Below, piece after piece: positions 42,548 through 53,790 of a stretch of 64,000 nucleotides of DNA. Both the position numbers and the translations under genes were made by a program. A model generated the notes under the pieces. The model did no database searches. It had not been told where the DNA came from and saw only the letters and a program-made list of their open reading frames with translations. The number at the start of each line of letters is the position of its first letter. Position 1 is the stretch's first letter. Source of the stretch: Nitrosopumilaceae archaeon (GTDB taxonomy: Archaea > Thermoproteota > Nitrososphaeria > Nitrososphaerales > Nitrosopumilaceae); the NCBI GenBank assembly GCA_965214835.1, contig CBDCCK010000002.1, forward strand, positions 2,592,001 to 2,656,000. Direction: 5' to 3'.

Positions 42548-43731
42548 TAGCAACGAACAGAAGTCTTTGAGCCAAAACAGGGTTCATTCGAAAGGTATGA
42601 CGATCGCGTAACCGGCAAGCATGGCAAAGGAAGCAGACAGCCTGTCAGAGGCCATGCGCAGAGAAAAGGATGCCAAAGTCTACAAAAAGATCATGGCGTT
42701 GATGTTTGTGCCAGAGAACAACATAGGTGTGTCCGAGGCTGCAAGGATCCGGTGCAGTGAGAATTCCGTGCGCAGTCAGCTGGCGAGGTTCTCGGAGGAC
42801 GGCATGGACGGCCTCCGGGATCCTCCCCGCTCTGGATGCAGGCGAAGCGGACGGAAAAAGGACTGTCGCCATAATGGACCTGTCCATTGAACGCAACAGT
42901 ACCGACGTCATGACGGTGCGCGATGACATAAGGGATGCCGCCTGGACAGAACACGGCACAGGACATGTACGAAGACTGATGCGCCAGTACGGCCTGTCGC
43001 GCCGCAAGGTGTAAAACATATAGTGAAAAACAGAAGTTCATGAAAATTTGGACTGGGTTCTGAAGCACTCCGTAACGTCTTGATCTTCACGAACTTTTGT
43101 TTCACACTATACAGTCAACCATGCCGCCCCAAGCCCGGCATACTCATGGCAGCGATACCTTGAAGACGTGCGTATTCCGCGCCTGAAAAACGGCGGTTTT
43201 ATGCTGGTGTCATCTGATGAGGCATTCTTCGTGCAGGACTCCGACAGATACGTATGGGGTCCGGTCTGCACCAGAAGCGTGGCATCGTATTCGGGGAACC
43301 GCACAAGGGCGGCCGTGTTTGGAAGCATCGCAGAGGACGGCAGGAAGCCGTTCGGGACGCTTGCGGGATCTTTTACGTCGGTGCAGTTCATAGAATGTCT
43401 GGAGGCGCTGCGTGCCAGGTCTGGCAGGGTTGCCGTCTTTTGCGACAGGTGGAGCGTGCACAGATCTGCTGACGTCGCAGAATATCTGGCGGGTCATCCC
43501 GACGTCAGGCTGATACTGATCCCAAGGGGATCGCCGTACCTCAATGTCGTGGAAGAATGCCGGAGCCTAGGCAAGCATGCCGTTTTCATGGGGACAGTGT
43601 ACAGAAAGGTCAGCGAGCTGCGGCGCACCATATCCGAATATTACAGGACGGTGTAGTTTGTCCGCCTTTACATGTACAGGTACATCTACAGATCGCCGGT
43701 CAAGGCCTTCAATTACTTGTGACCGTTGTTA
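42548..43731 (+). mobile_element. Degenerate IS630 copy with a nested ~90-bp TA-targeting MITE (about 43019-43111)
   Basis: Collinear with 40599-41704 but frameshifted. Nested TIR TATAGTG....CACTATA. Confidence 0.88.
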
Positions 43732-45334
43732 TAATTCATCAATATCTGAAATATGACGTAAAGGATTGAAATTAAATGTAAAATTAATCACGTTTGATGA
43801 TGAATCAAGCCATTTCTTTGATAAAAAAAATGAATTAATTGCAGAATCACTACTTTCTTCAATAATTGTTTGAATTGTTTTAAAATTCCTAATAGTCTTG
43901 GAGGCTTCAAAGATTTGAAAATTCGATTGGTGTGCAAAATTATTAAAAGTATCTTGAGTAATTTCTTTTGTATCTAATGTTTTTATCGGCCTTTCAAAAT
44001 CAATTCCAGATACAGTAGTTCCGATTGTAACCCCGCAGCCTGCCTCAGTCCGGATCAGGGGGCTTTTTGATCCGTACGCTTGTGAGCTGCCTGATGATGC
44101 GGGCAAGCAGCACCTTGAGCTTGACTGCTTTTTTCTTGCTCCCAAATCTTGCGATCATCCAGATGTTCGACATGGCAAGTGCCAGGTAGAACAGCATGAG
44201 CCTTATGGAGTCGTTCCGGCTGCAGGTGAGCGGCTTGGATCTCTTGGCGTCGCGGTATCCGGTCTCTATGCCCCACCTCTTGCGGTACTCCTCGGGAAGC
44301 TCCAGCAGGTCCTCGCGGGTGCAGCCGGTCATGTTGGTAAGAAAGGCGATGTGGAACTTTTTCTTCTTCTTGTCCTCCCTTTCCAGTATTATCATGTTGC
44401 ATGTTATCTTGTCGCTGCCCGATGATACCGTATACCTGCTGACTGCATCCCTCCTGCCATCGACGTACTCCTCTATGGCCCTCTTCACTGCCTCGGTGAG
44501 CCTGGCAGGAGTCACGAACTTCATCCGGGCACCCCTGACGGCCTTGAACACGCCGACGGAGTAAAACTCCCTGTCCATCAGAACCAGCCACGGCCTGATG
44601 CCCGCTCCCCTGGTAGTCTGCAGCAGTTTACGCACGAATTCGGGGTTGAATCCGTCCCTGGTGACCTGAAGGCACGCAAGGTGCACCTGGTGCTCCTCTC
44701 CGACGGTCCTTGCCGTAATGTAGGCCTCGGCCGTGTTGGTGCCCGGCCCCCTGTACTTTATCTTGTGGGTCATGTCCGGCTTGTGGTCGTACCTGGGAAT
44801 CTTGGTCTTGTCGATGGCGATTATCGGGTTCCTGCTGATCAGGCCGCCATCTATAGAGTCCCTAACCGTCCTGCCTAGGATCCGGTCTGCCTTCCTGTGC
44901 ATCGTCTCGTACCGTATCTGACCCAGCTTGCCAAGCAGCCAGTCGGCGCCGGGGCTGCGGCCCGTAGAATCCCGGAGCGACTCCGAGGCCTGCTCGGCGC
45001 ACATGCGCTCCTTGGACATCGTTGCCAGAAGAGCCGCGGCATCCACTTCGTTGTATATCGCGTTGGGCCTGTCAGAGAACCTCATGCCTATGGATGAGAC
45101 GGCTGCTTGGTACATTTTGCGCTCCCTGTGTCCGCACAGCTGAACAACCTTGTCCCGTTTTGGCATGCAGGTACTGCCTGGCCCCCGTCTATAGATCTGG
45201 TTGATCAGAAAAACCTGTCATTTTACTGTATTTTCAGGCCACAATCGGAACTACTGAGATATCGCAAATCGTTTAATATTGAACCATGAATTTTTATCTT
45301 CGATTGTTTCTTTTATCTGGATACTATTTGCCAT
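43732..45334 (-). pseudogene. 5' half of a fragmented AT-rich gene (pieces 45334-45257 and 44012-43732, split by ISH3)
   Basis: MANSIQIKE...RFAIS|GIDFERPIK...HISDIDEL is in frame after removing the IS and its TSD. Confidence 0.8.
44013..45256 (-). mobile_element. ISH3-family element with intact transposase (44045-45166)
   Basis: 16-bp TIR CAGTAGTTCCGATTGT and 5-bp TSD AGATA. IAIDKT, MDREFY and YRKRWGIETGYR motifs. Confidence 0.93.
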
Positions 45335-45419
45335 TTTTACAACTCTTGACTTGATTCGTAACCGAACTTATTATGTTATCTGACACGCGAAATTTTGATA
45401 CTTTAATCGCTTGTAACAA

Positions 45420-47133
45420 TAGACCTTATGCGTAAACGAAATTAGCGGCGATGCCCCCGGCGCACGGGCTACAAATGGGGCGAGTCAGGGCCGGCGCACG
45501 CGTGACTGTACCTCATTACGTTGAAAATATTTGATCAAACCTGCAAGTATTTTCAGCCGGTTGATTTAGATCCGGGATCCATTCCCACACAAGGGTGATG
45601 TCAGAGTACAAGGACGAGCTGATACGACTGCTGAGGAGGAAGATCGAGCAGTACGAGAAGGAGAAGATGCAGGACAGGAAGGAGAAGGCGCGGGACAAAA
45701 AGAAGATCAAAAAGTACGAGAAGAGGATCAAGAGGCACGAGAAGAGAATCAGGAAGGACAGGAAGGAGAAGGCGCGGGGCAGGAAGGAGAGGATGCAGTA
45801 CAGAAAGAAGATCAGAGAGTACGAAAGAAAGAGCAGGCAGGACGACAGGAGGCACGAGAAGGATCAGGAGAGGATAGGGCAGCTGGAGCAGCGGCTGGAC
45901 ACCGAGCGCCGGATGTGGCCCGCAACCTGGGATGACGACAGGCGCACCATAGACCGCGCCGCCTTCATGCACAGGCTCGAGGTGCTCGAGGACATAATCT
46001 GCGGCGGATCCCTGCAGTCCACCACGTCGATGGACCGCCGCCAGTTTGACTATATATCCGACCGGTTTACAAAGCTTGCCAAAAAGCATACGGAGGGCCC
46101 ACTATTCTCCGAGGACGAGGACGACGGGCCCGGAAACCGGTGCAAGCTGTCCTACCGTCACACCCTGTTGATGTCGCTGATGCGCAAGTACGGAAACCCG
46201 ACGCAGGGGGCAGCTTGCGGCGTTCTTTGGCATAGACCAGAGTACGGTATGCAGGTACCTCAAGTATTGCGACATGATATTTCTCAAGATACTGCCCACG
46301 CCGGACACCATGTCTCAGAAGATACGAAACGCCCGCACGATCAAGGAGGTCAAGAAGATCGTCCCGGATCTGACCATAATGGTCGACGGCACGCACATCG
46401 ACATACAGCGCCCCTCGGACAAGGAGCCAAGAAAGGGGGGCGTACTCGGGCAAGAAGGACTTTACGCGTAACACCCACGGGTGATTGCAGGCAGCAAGGG
46501 ACTGGTGATATATGCGAGTCGGCGCCCGGAAGCGTGCACGACCTCACCATGATAAAGAACAACCCCCCGGATCTGGGAACCCTGACTGCCAGGATGCGCA
46601 GCAACAGGTACCTCGAGGACGAGAAGGTAAAGCTGTTCTCGGATCTGGGATACGTGGGAATCAAGAGACTATACCCCGGGGTCATATCAATGCAGCCCCA
46701 CAAGAAGCCAAGGGGGGGCAAGCTTACAAAGAAACAGAAGGCGCAGAACAGGAGGATAAGCAGCAAGAGGGTGACAGTAGAGCACGCCATAGGACGGATA
46801 AAGCAGTACAAGTGGATGCGTGATCCGTACGACGGGACCGCCGAGGAGTTCGACCGGGAGTTCCAGGTGACGGCCGGGCTTGCCAACTTTAGGCTGCTGT
46901 GGGACAAGCGGAACAAGAAGCTCATGCGTGGGTTCTGATACCACGATACGGAGCGCATTGCGGCGCCACACGATGCCGCACGACATTGTAGTTTTTATCA
47001 GCTGTAATGATCCGTAGATATACGATATACGGACTCTGCCGCCCCTGTACACGTCGTGTGATGCCGCCAGCCTTGCATGTGTGGTCGGCCACCGTCGGAA
47101 TATTTCGATCCGGTCGTTTACGCATAAGGTCTA
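45420..47133 (+). mobile_element. IS5-family (DDE_Tnp_4-type) element; transposase 45595-46938 has compensating frameshifts
   Basis: 20-bp TIR TAGACCTTATGCGTAAACGA. VDGT, YSGKK, HD, SDLGY and RVTVEHAIGRIK motifs are spread over three frames. Confidence 0.88.
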
Positions 47134-47223
47134 AAGTATAAAGCGATGGAATGCCTAGTAGATGCGTCTGACTGAGAAACGCACACTCGCAGCGGCCCGT
47201 GCAGGGAATCAGAATAATTTGAT

Positions 47224-47892
47224 ATGGGAGTTTGCCCCTCAGGCGACACTGCCGGCAGGGGTCTTCATGATCACGCCTGCCACGCTGTATCTTGGGGGAG
47301 GGGTAAACTCACGTTTGAAAGGATAAAATTTGGTGACGGAACCCGCAAGGAGTTGGTGCTGGTTGTAGGAGACACCAACCTCTTCTTACAGGATGCAGCG
47401 CACCAGGTCGGCGCGGATCTAGAGGCGTTTCTGAGCGGGAAGACAAAGATAGTCTTCAAGGAGGTCAAACGCGAGATCGGCAAGCGTGCCAAGATGTTAG
47501 AACGCGTATGCAAGACTGTCAAGATAGGTCAACTACAGTACGGTGGGTTTCTAGAACACATACGTCTCTTGCAGAAGCAGATGGCAAACAATCCGTCAAG
47601 CCAGATGTCCAGAAAGTGGCTTAGGAAAAAGACCCGATTAAGGAGGCTTGCAGACATCGACGAGGGGGTGCTAGTCCAGCACCTGCTGGATCTTGGTCGT
47701 AACGCAGACAGGGTGGACAACAAGATACTGGCAAAGGCCGCAGCCCTCTCGATGGAGTACCGGACATACTTTCTCTCAAGGGACTGGGATCACTTGGTAA
47801 TTGCATGCGCCATTGAGAGCCACGTCACCGGTGTTGGTGGGCGTCTGAGCATACTCAATCCAAAGCGGGTTGACACGTGGACAAACACGTAG
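47224..47892 (+). CDS. PIN-domain protein
   Basis: VVGDTNLFL, EVKREI, DNKIL and FLSRDWDH acidic motifs. Confidence 0.7.
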   Translation: MGVCPSGDTAGRGLHDHACHAVSWGRGKLTFERIKFGDGTRKELVLVVGDTNLFLQDAAHQVGADLEAFLSGKTKIVFKEVKREIGKRAKMLERVCKTVKIGQLQYGGFLEHIRLLQKQMANNPSSQMSRKWLRKKTRLRRLADIDEGVLVQHLLDLGRNADRVDNKILAKAAALSMEYRTYFLSRDWDHLVIACAIESHVTGVGGRLSILNPKRVDTWTNT

Positions 47893-48270
47893 ATGCATTA
47901 TCTATGTGTCGTGCTCATAACAGCCGAGTGAAAAGTACTAAAAAATCAAGTAAAAACAGAAGATGGACAGGAGGCACGATGCCTGAGTGTCAGGACAAAA
48001 CAGCAAACCTCATTCACTTTTCACTTGGCTGATCTTCGGCTATGTCTTGTGTGAAAATTATGTCGCACCATCACCGGTATCCTCCTCCATCCGTTTTGGG
48101 TAACATCTCGGATTCTGGAAGTTCAGGCTTGATCTTTGATACCAACGAACGCTGATCAAAACAGGGTTTGTGCCTAGAATCAGAAACGGCTTCCAGAACC
48201 CGATCAGCTACTACAAGAGCGCATTTCTTTTATCATGCGCTCAGCTGCCGATGATCCCAGCCATATGCGG

Positions 48271-48567
48271 CTAGACTTTTTTTGCTTTTTTCATGCTGCG
48301 TTCCAGTCTTTGACTGGCAGGCCCGGTCCAGAAGAACGAGCCATCCTTACCAAACGTGATTTTGCCCTGTTTTTCTAAAATGTCCAGGACGAAGTTAAAC
48401 GACGGGTATTGCATTCCCTTGGGAAGCATGCTGTACAGCTTGCGCTTGGTCTCAAACTCTTTGTTTTCGAGGATTAGTTTTTCGATCTGGACAAAACTTC
48501 TTATCGTGGGATTGTGTCTTCTGCTCTTGTCCAAGATATAGTCCAAAATGGCATCTGGTTTGATCAT
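48271..48567 (-). CDS. Small winged-helix protein (partner 1)
   Basis: 'LYSMLPKGMQYPSFNFVLDILEKQGKI..KDGSFFW'. TATA-like TATAAATA about 30 bp upstream. Confidence 0.75.
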   Translation of the reverse strand: MIKPDAILDYILDKSRRHNPTIRSFVQIEKLILENKEFETKRKLYSMLPKGMQYPSFNFVLDILEKQGKITFGKDGSFFWTGPASQRLERSMKKAKKV

Positions 48568-48629
48568 TTTGCCTTCAACATGCTGTGCACGCCTGTGATA
48601 TTTATACATATGTACGTTTATGTACTGCG

Positions 48630-48956
48630 TTAATATTTGAATCTGTTTTCATAGCTGCTGTGATCAGTTAGCTCCATAAGAAACGCTGACCTTTCTTCTC
48701 GAAAAGTTGTGATCGAATAGATCAGCCTCATGCCTTCGGGCAAATACACGTGAAATGCATTGTCAACCCCGTGTCTTTTTTTGTAGTATTTTGGCATGGT
48801 TTTGAATTTTATCTTCTCCCCAGAAATGACATCCTTTTTCAGATCCTCGATAATCCCTTCAACGTCTTTGAAAACTGCACCCGATTTATCCAGAGACGAG
48901 AACACCGGATCAAAATCTTTGTAGTCGCCATACACTTTCATTGATGCATGGCGCAA
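48630..48956 (-). CDS. RelE/ParE-like toxin 1
   Basis: 'LKKD...G..I....PK.Y...NAF...LPEGMRLIYSI...HSSYENRFKY'. Confidence 0.7.
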   Translation of the reverse strand: MRHASMKVYGDYKDFDPVFSSLDKSGAVFKDVEGIIEDLKKDVISGEKIKFKTMPKYYKKRHGVDNAFHVYLPEGMRLIYSITTFREERSAFLMELTDHSSYENRFKY

Positions 48957-49308
48957 TCAATATCTAATACTGATATCTGGAAAAACATCCCAAAACAACC
49001 ACCCAAGGCCGTGTCTTTTGTCGTGCTGAATCCCGCGGCTGTAAAATTTTCTCAGAAAAAAAGCACCGTATAGCTTGTGAATGCAGCTGACGTGTTTGTA
49101 TGCGATCGAAGAAAATAGCGCAAGTCGACAGAGGAGCGTGTTTGACTGCTTATCCTGGCTCCGGGCATCTTCCTTCTCCACGCCATCCTAACCGCCCCAA
49201 TTCGGCTTTGGCATGCAGCACTTTTTGTATTAGACTTTACGCGTAATCGATTCAGAACTAAAATTACTACGAACAGATTCACCTCATTCAGATCGATTAC
49301 GCATAAAG

Positions 49309-49459
49309 CAGCCAAGTGAAAAGTACCCCAGTCGGGCAGAAAACCAAGGAATTCAGACCGCCTTGACAACGCCGGTACTCAGGGAGGGCATGGTGATCTA
49401 GCTCAGGGAGCCCAAGCCCCCTCCATGACGCAGGATCTGGGGTACTTTTCACTTAGCTG
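49309..49459. mobile_element. MITE family D (TIR CAGCYAAGTGAAAAGTRCCCC), short form
   Basis: 151 bp, inserted into the end of a family-C MITE. Right halves also occur at about 30640-30725 and 55695-55900. Confidence 0.8.
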
Positions 49460-49655
49460 AGATTTCTGGAAAAATTCTGGACAACGCCGGATGGAACCTT
49501 GAGGTGCTAAACAGGTTCGAATGCACCGCAAATCTTTGTGTGCTGGTGGAGGCAGCATGGATTGGATTAGGAAACAATCCCCACCGTACATGTCTACTAA
49601 ACGTTCAGATAGGTTTAAAATTACAGGTCGTCATGATAGCAGAAGGTCAAAAGCC

Positions 49656-49973
49656 GTGACAAAACACATTCGTGCCAATCCAAAATTCAACAAATTTTAC
49701 AAGTCACTGAATCCAAACGACAGACTGTTTAGGGAACTAAACGCAATTTTTAAGGAACTTGAAGAAGACCCATATCTTGGATCATGGATCAAACCCAAGA
49801 GAATTCCAAAATCGCTCAAGAAGCAGCATCCGAATCTTGACAATTTGTTGCTGGTGAAGATAAACAGGGACTGGCGGCTGTTGTACACCCTGATTGCAGT
49901 GTCGCAAGACAAAACGGTGTGCATCCTAGACGCCATGCGGCACAAAGAATACGATAAACTGTTCGGTTACTGA
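49656..49973 (+). CDS. RelE/ParE-like toxin 2
   Basis: 'LEEDPYLG..I....IPK....NL..VKINRDWRLLYTL...HKEYDKLFGY'. TTTAAAA box upstream. Confidence 0.75.
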   Translation: MTKHIRANPKFNKFYKSLNPNDRLFRELNAIFKELEEDPYLGSWIKPKRIPKSLKKQHPNLDNLLLVKINRDWRLLYTLIAVSQDKTVCILDAMRHKEYDKLFGY

Positions 49974-50260
49974 TATTTCAACTCGACCGAATTCTTGAGC
50001 AGTTCAATCAGTTCGGGCTTGTCTCCGGCAAATATCCAAAAAACTGCACCGTCCCTGTCGTATCCTACTTTGCTTGATTTTTCCAAATTTGTCAAAACTC
50101 TGTAAAAGATGGAATGCGGTATTCTGCACGGCAGTGCGTTATAAAGTTCGATTACGTTACCAAAGCCATGGTTTGACTCTATTGTTCGCGCTATCATCTG
50201 TTCTACCTGCTGGTAGGGGATGCCGGATATCCCATCTGCAACAACTGTATCCTCGCTCAT
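49967..50260 (-). CDS. Small winged-helix protein (partner 2)
   Basis: 'LYNALPCRIPHSIFYRVLTNLEKSSKV..RDGAVFW', homologous to 48271-48567. Confidence 0.75.
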   Translation of the reverse strand: MSEDTVVADGISGIPYQQVEQMIARTIESNHGFGNVIELYNALPCRIPHSIFYRVLTNLEKSSKVGYDRDGAVFWIFAGDKPELIELLKNSVELKYQ

Positions 50261-51053
50261 GCGATACATTGTGGTGATTGCATATATAACCATATGTGGC
50301 AGCTCAGTCTTCCCAAAAGTAACTCAGGGAGGCACCGGTGGAGGTGGTTGGGGCAGCATCCTATAGTCCGATATGCCGCGCTTGATCACGTCCTTGAGGA
50401 CTGCTGGGTGATCAGTGGATCCTCTGTAACGATCCCCGTCATGATCCTCATCATCACGTTTGCCATGACCCACGCGTTGAAGACTGCAACCGAGTACACA
50501 AAGTACAGCATCCTTGCATCGGGGCTCTTGCTGTGGGTCCTGACCCTTGCGTTCTCTATCAGCCGGCACGAATCTGCCTACAGCCGTCATGATTTTCATA
50601 CCCGGATGGCAGGGAGACACGGCCTCATACGAATCTGGCCATGGGCTAACCTATTACGTCTAATTCTTCATCTCCCAACATGACTAGAGACTGATCATTT
50701 GACTGAACGCATGTGGTCACCTACCCCTATCAATCAGGCATGAATGGGCAGGTACAATTATGATTTTCGTGCCTAGCTAGCAAGGGGACGTGACCTCATA
50801 CATTCAATCAACTCTCTGCACCGCCATGAGTCCGGTTACATTTGGAAAGACTGCAAGTCAGTAGGCGGAAACGTAATCCCCAGACCGCCCAGATACTACG
50901 GCGGGCCGGCAAACCCGTGTCCTGCAAGGTTTCTTCTGGCCGCCATGACAAGCACTCCTGCGACCGGCAGTAGCGTAAAATCCCAACCTGTGGAGGACTG
51001 CCGTGTCGGGTCTGCAAAAGTGCGTCTAGGAATTACTGATGTGCACAATTGTA

Positions 51054-51281
51054 CTATTTCATTACAGTTTCAATATTTTGAATGACGTTTTTCGATATTT
51101 CATCAAATGATGGGACTGTTGGAAGTAAGGGATTTAGATCCACATCCCATTCATTTTTCATTTTGTTAATACCGTCTTTTATTTTATCTGATGAAAAATC
51201 TTCTTTATAGAAAGACAGTTTTGAATTTACCAAGCTTTTGTCGAGTTCAATGCCTTGTTCAAATAGATACCACACATCATA
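51054..51281 (-). pseudogene. abiEii: AbiEii 3' part, displaced by the inversion
   Basis: Starts TAT GAT GTG TGG (YDVWYL), completing the KPRHL-YD motif. Confidence 0.85.
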
Positions 51282-51360
51282 TAGCAACGGGCAGAAGTCT
51301 TTGAGTCAAAATAGGTCACAACTACACGTAAAAAACCTCAATTATTTCTGCTCGTTGCTA
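51282..51360. mobile_element. 79-bp MITE derived from the IS630 at 40599
   Basis: Ends TAGCAACG..GAAGTCTTTGAG and CTCAATTA..CGTTGCTA match that IS. TA on both sides. Confidence 0.88.
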
Positions 51361-53244
51361 TAAGTGGTTTTTTTGATCTTTACTATGAACACTCAAAACT
51401 AATGGTATCAATACCAAATCTAAAACTTCAGAAATACAGTACTGAAAGAAAAATTGAAACGATTGTCAATATTGACGATTATTTGAAATTTGTTGATTCT
51501 GTTTTTGATATATTGAATACAAAGAACAACAAACCAATCTTTGTACCAATATCATTACGAACGTCACAAAAAGACATCGAAGAAATTTGTACACATTATT
51601 TACAAAGAGATTATCTGAATTTTTGGATTGATTTTGAGGGCAAATCAGTTAATGAACAGCAGATGGGTAGATTACGTTATTTGTATAGAATTTTAAAAGA
51701 AAAGGAACAATTCAAAAATATAGTTTGTTATTGTACCAATATAAAACGAGAAATAATGTCAAATTCCAAATTGGAGTGCAGTCCTGCATCAGATGTCCTT
51801 GCAGCAATTTCTGGGGCTAACATCATTGGCGTAAATAAAGAACCACAAAGACCATTTTTTGATAATACTTCTAGCAGTTTCATAGAACATAAAACTATAC
51901 TGATGACCATTGAAAATTTCGCCTCCCTTACAAGCTGCGCTCAAGATACTTGTAGATGTCAACCCTGATGGAACACGTCCTAAAGTATTCCGAGACGGCC
52001 TTTTTGAGGTGATCCACCGTGTCGTAAAAGGCAGACGTGACCAGCCTGTACTTGGCATCCTTCCAGACTGCCTCTATGGCGCTCAGCTCCGGCCTAGCTA
52101 CCGGCAGGTACAGCAAGACAACGTCGGGATTTTTCTTTAGGTATCTGCGGACCTTTTTGGTCTTGTGCTGTGCTGCGTTGTCCATCACCATCAGGACCTT
52201 TCCCCACTTTTTGTGCGCCTGTTTAAGATAATGCACAAAGTTTGCGCTGTTGAACCTGTCGTACGTGCGCATCAGCCTGGTTCCGTCGTCTGCAATCGTC
52301 CCGTATACCACGACGCGCTCCCTTCTGCCGGATCGTTCCACCTCGATCCTGTCCCCCACGGGCGACCAGAACTTTTTGCCGTCCCTTCCCGTACTGACGA
52401 ATATCGATTCGTCCTGTACGGTTATCCTAAATCCGCGCCTTTTTGCAAGCTTTATCGCAGTTTTTGCCTCTCTTTGCCACCGTCTTACAGCTTTTGCGTC
52501 GGCAGCATCTGCCAGCTTGGTAGTTGATGTCTTTAGCGAAAACCCCATCGCGCGCAGGATCCTCCTGATGCTTCCCACGCTGTATGTGACATGCAGCCTG
52601 TGGCGCACCCAGTTGCACAGCTTCTTCGGGGTGAGCTTTTCCATCCTGCGCAGCCTCGTGGCGATCTTTTTTATCCTGCCGACCGGAACCTTTGGTTTTT
52701 TGCCCCTGTTGGGGGAGTCACGGAGGCCCTCGATGCCGTCAAGCTCGAACCTTTCAACCCACATCTGTACGGTGCGCTGTGTCACGTCGGCAATCTCCGC
52801 AGTATGTGCGGTGGTGTTGCCAAGCAGTACGGAGCGCACCGCCATGATTCTGGTGTGAGTCTTGAGATCCTTTTCGACATGCATGGCATCCGTGAGGATT
52901 TTCGTCTTGTTCATGCCGGGAGTGACATGGTGGGGAGCTATAAACCTTTACAAGATGTGTGATCAGGCGAAATTTTCAATGACCATCAGTATAGATTACT
53001 AGACAGAAAAACATATTTTTACAATAAAACAAGTGATGAAAAATATTTTAAAAAGGATCGTAACGTAACACAAAATGCTGTAAAACTCAATGAAGAATTT
53101 CACTCTCAATCGGAAAATTTTTTGAAAGAATTTACCATAGTAAATACATTGAAAGAGAAGTCAATGTTAAAAAAAGACAAAAAGCTTCTAAAAGCCTTAA
53201 CCACCAAATCCCCAATCACTAAAAAAATAGATCAATGGTTTTAA
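51361..53244 (+). pseudogene. 3' half of the fragmented AT-rich gene (pieces 51361-51897 and 52994-53244, split by IS630)
   Basis: SGFFDLYYEH...IEHKT|RLLDRKTYFY...IDQWF* is in frame after IS removal. Confidence 0.8.
51898..52991 (-). mobile_element. Second IS630-family element with intact transposase (51928-52914)
   Basis: About 27-bp TIR TACTGATG..CATTGAAAATTTCGCCT and TA TSD. QDES, MDNA and PELSAIEAVW motifs. Confidence 0.93.
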
Positions 53245-53428
53245 TCAATAGACTTGTGCATAATCGACCTGAGTGAGATGAATTTGTTCCTAATAATCCT
53301 AGATCTGAATAGATTACGCGGGGTTGTCCAATTTTTTCCTACAGGCTGCCCGTCTGCCCCCGATGCGGGCGGCTTTAGACGGCAATACGTGGGGCATTTG
53401 GCGGCCCCGGACAGCCAAAACGGCGCAT

Positions 53429-53743
53429 CAGCTAAGTGAAAAGTACCCCAGTCAGGCAGAAAATCAAAGAATTTAGACCATCTTGACAACACTGGCAAAT
53501 GCAAACAGATCAGTTACGGTGCGGCCCCGTGGTTTTCGTTGGGAAAACAAAAATCCAGACAGTGCCGCGATCTTGACAACAACCCGCGGATTGCTCTCAA
53601 GATCGCGGCTCTGCCTAGATTTTGTCTAGACAGCGAAAACCGCGGAGCCGCGCCGTAACTGATCTGTTTGTATCTATCAGTGTTGTCAAGACGGTCTAAA
53701 TTCCTTGATTTTCTGCCTGGCTGGGGCACTTTTCACTTAGCTG
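53429..53743. repeat. 315-bp imperfect palindrome (foldback form of MITE family D)
   Basis: The arms pair along the whole length, centred on CCGCGG at 53584-53589. Confidence 0.92.
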
Positions 53744-53790
53744 TATATGCAAAAACGCATATATATGCAAGATTGCATATGTGTGCAAGA

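Noticed and set aside
45595-46938. 447-aa ORF as an intact transposase
   Set aside because: The middle (about 46208-46490) is off-frame. The conserved VDGT and YSGKK motifs lie in other frames. The shifts fall near G runs, so sequencing error cannot be excluded.
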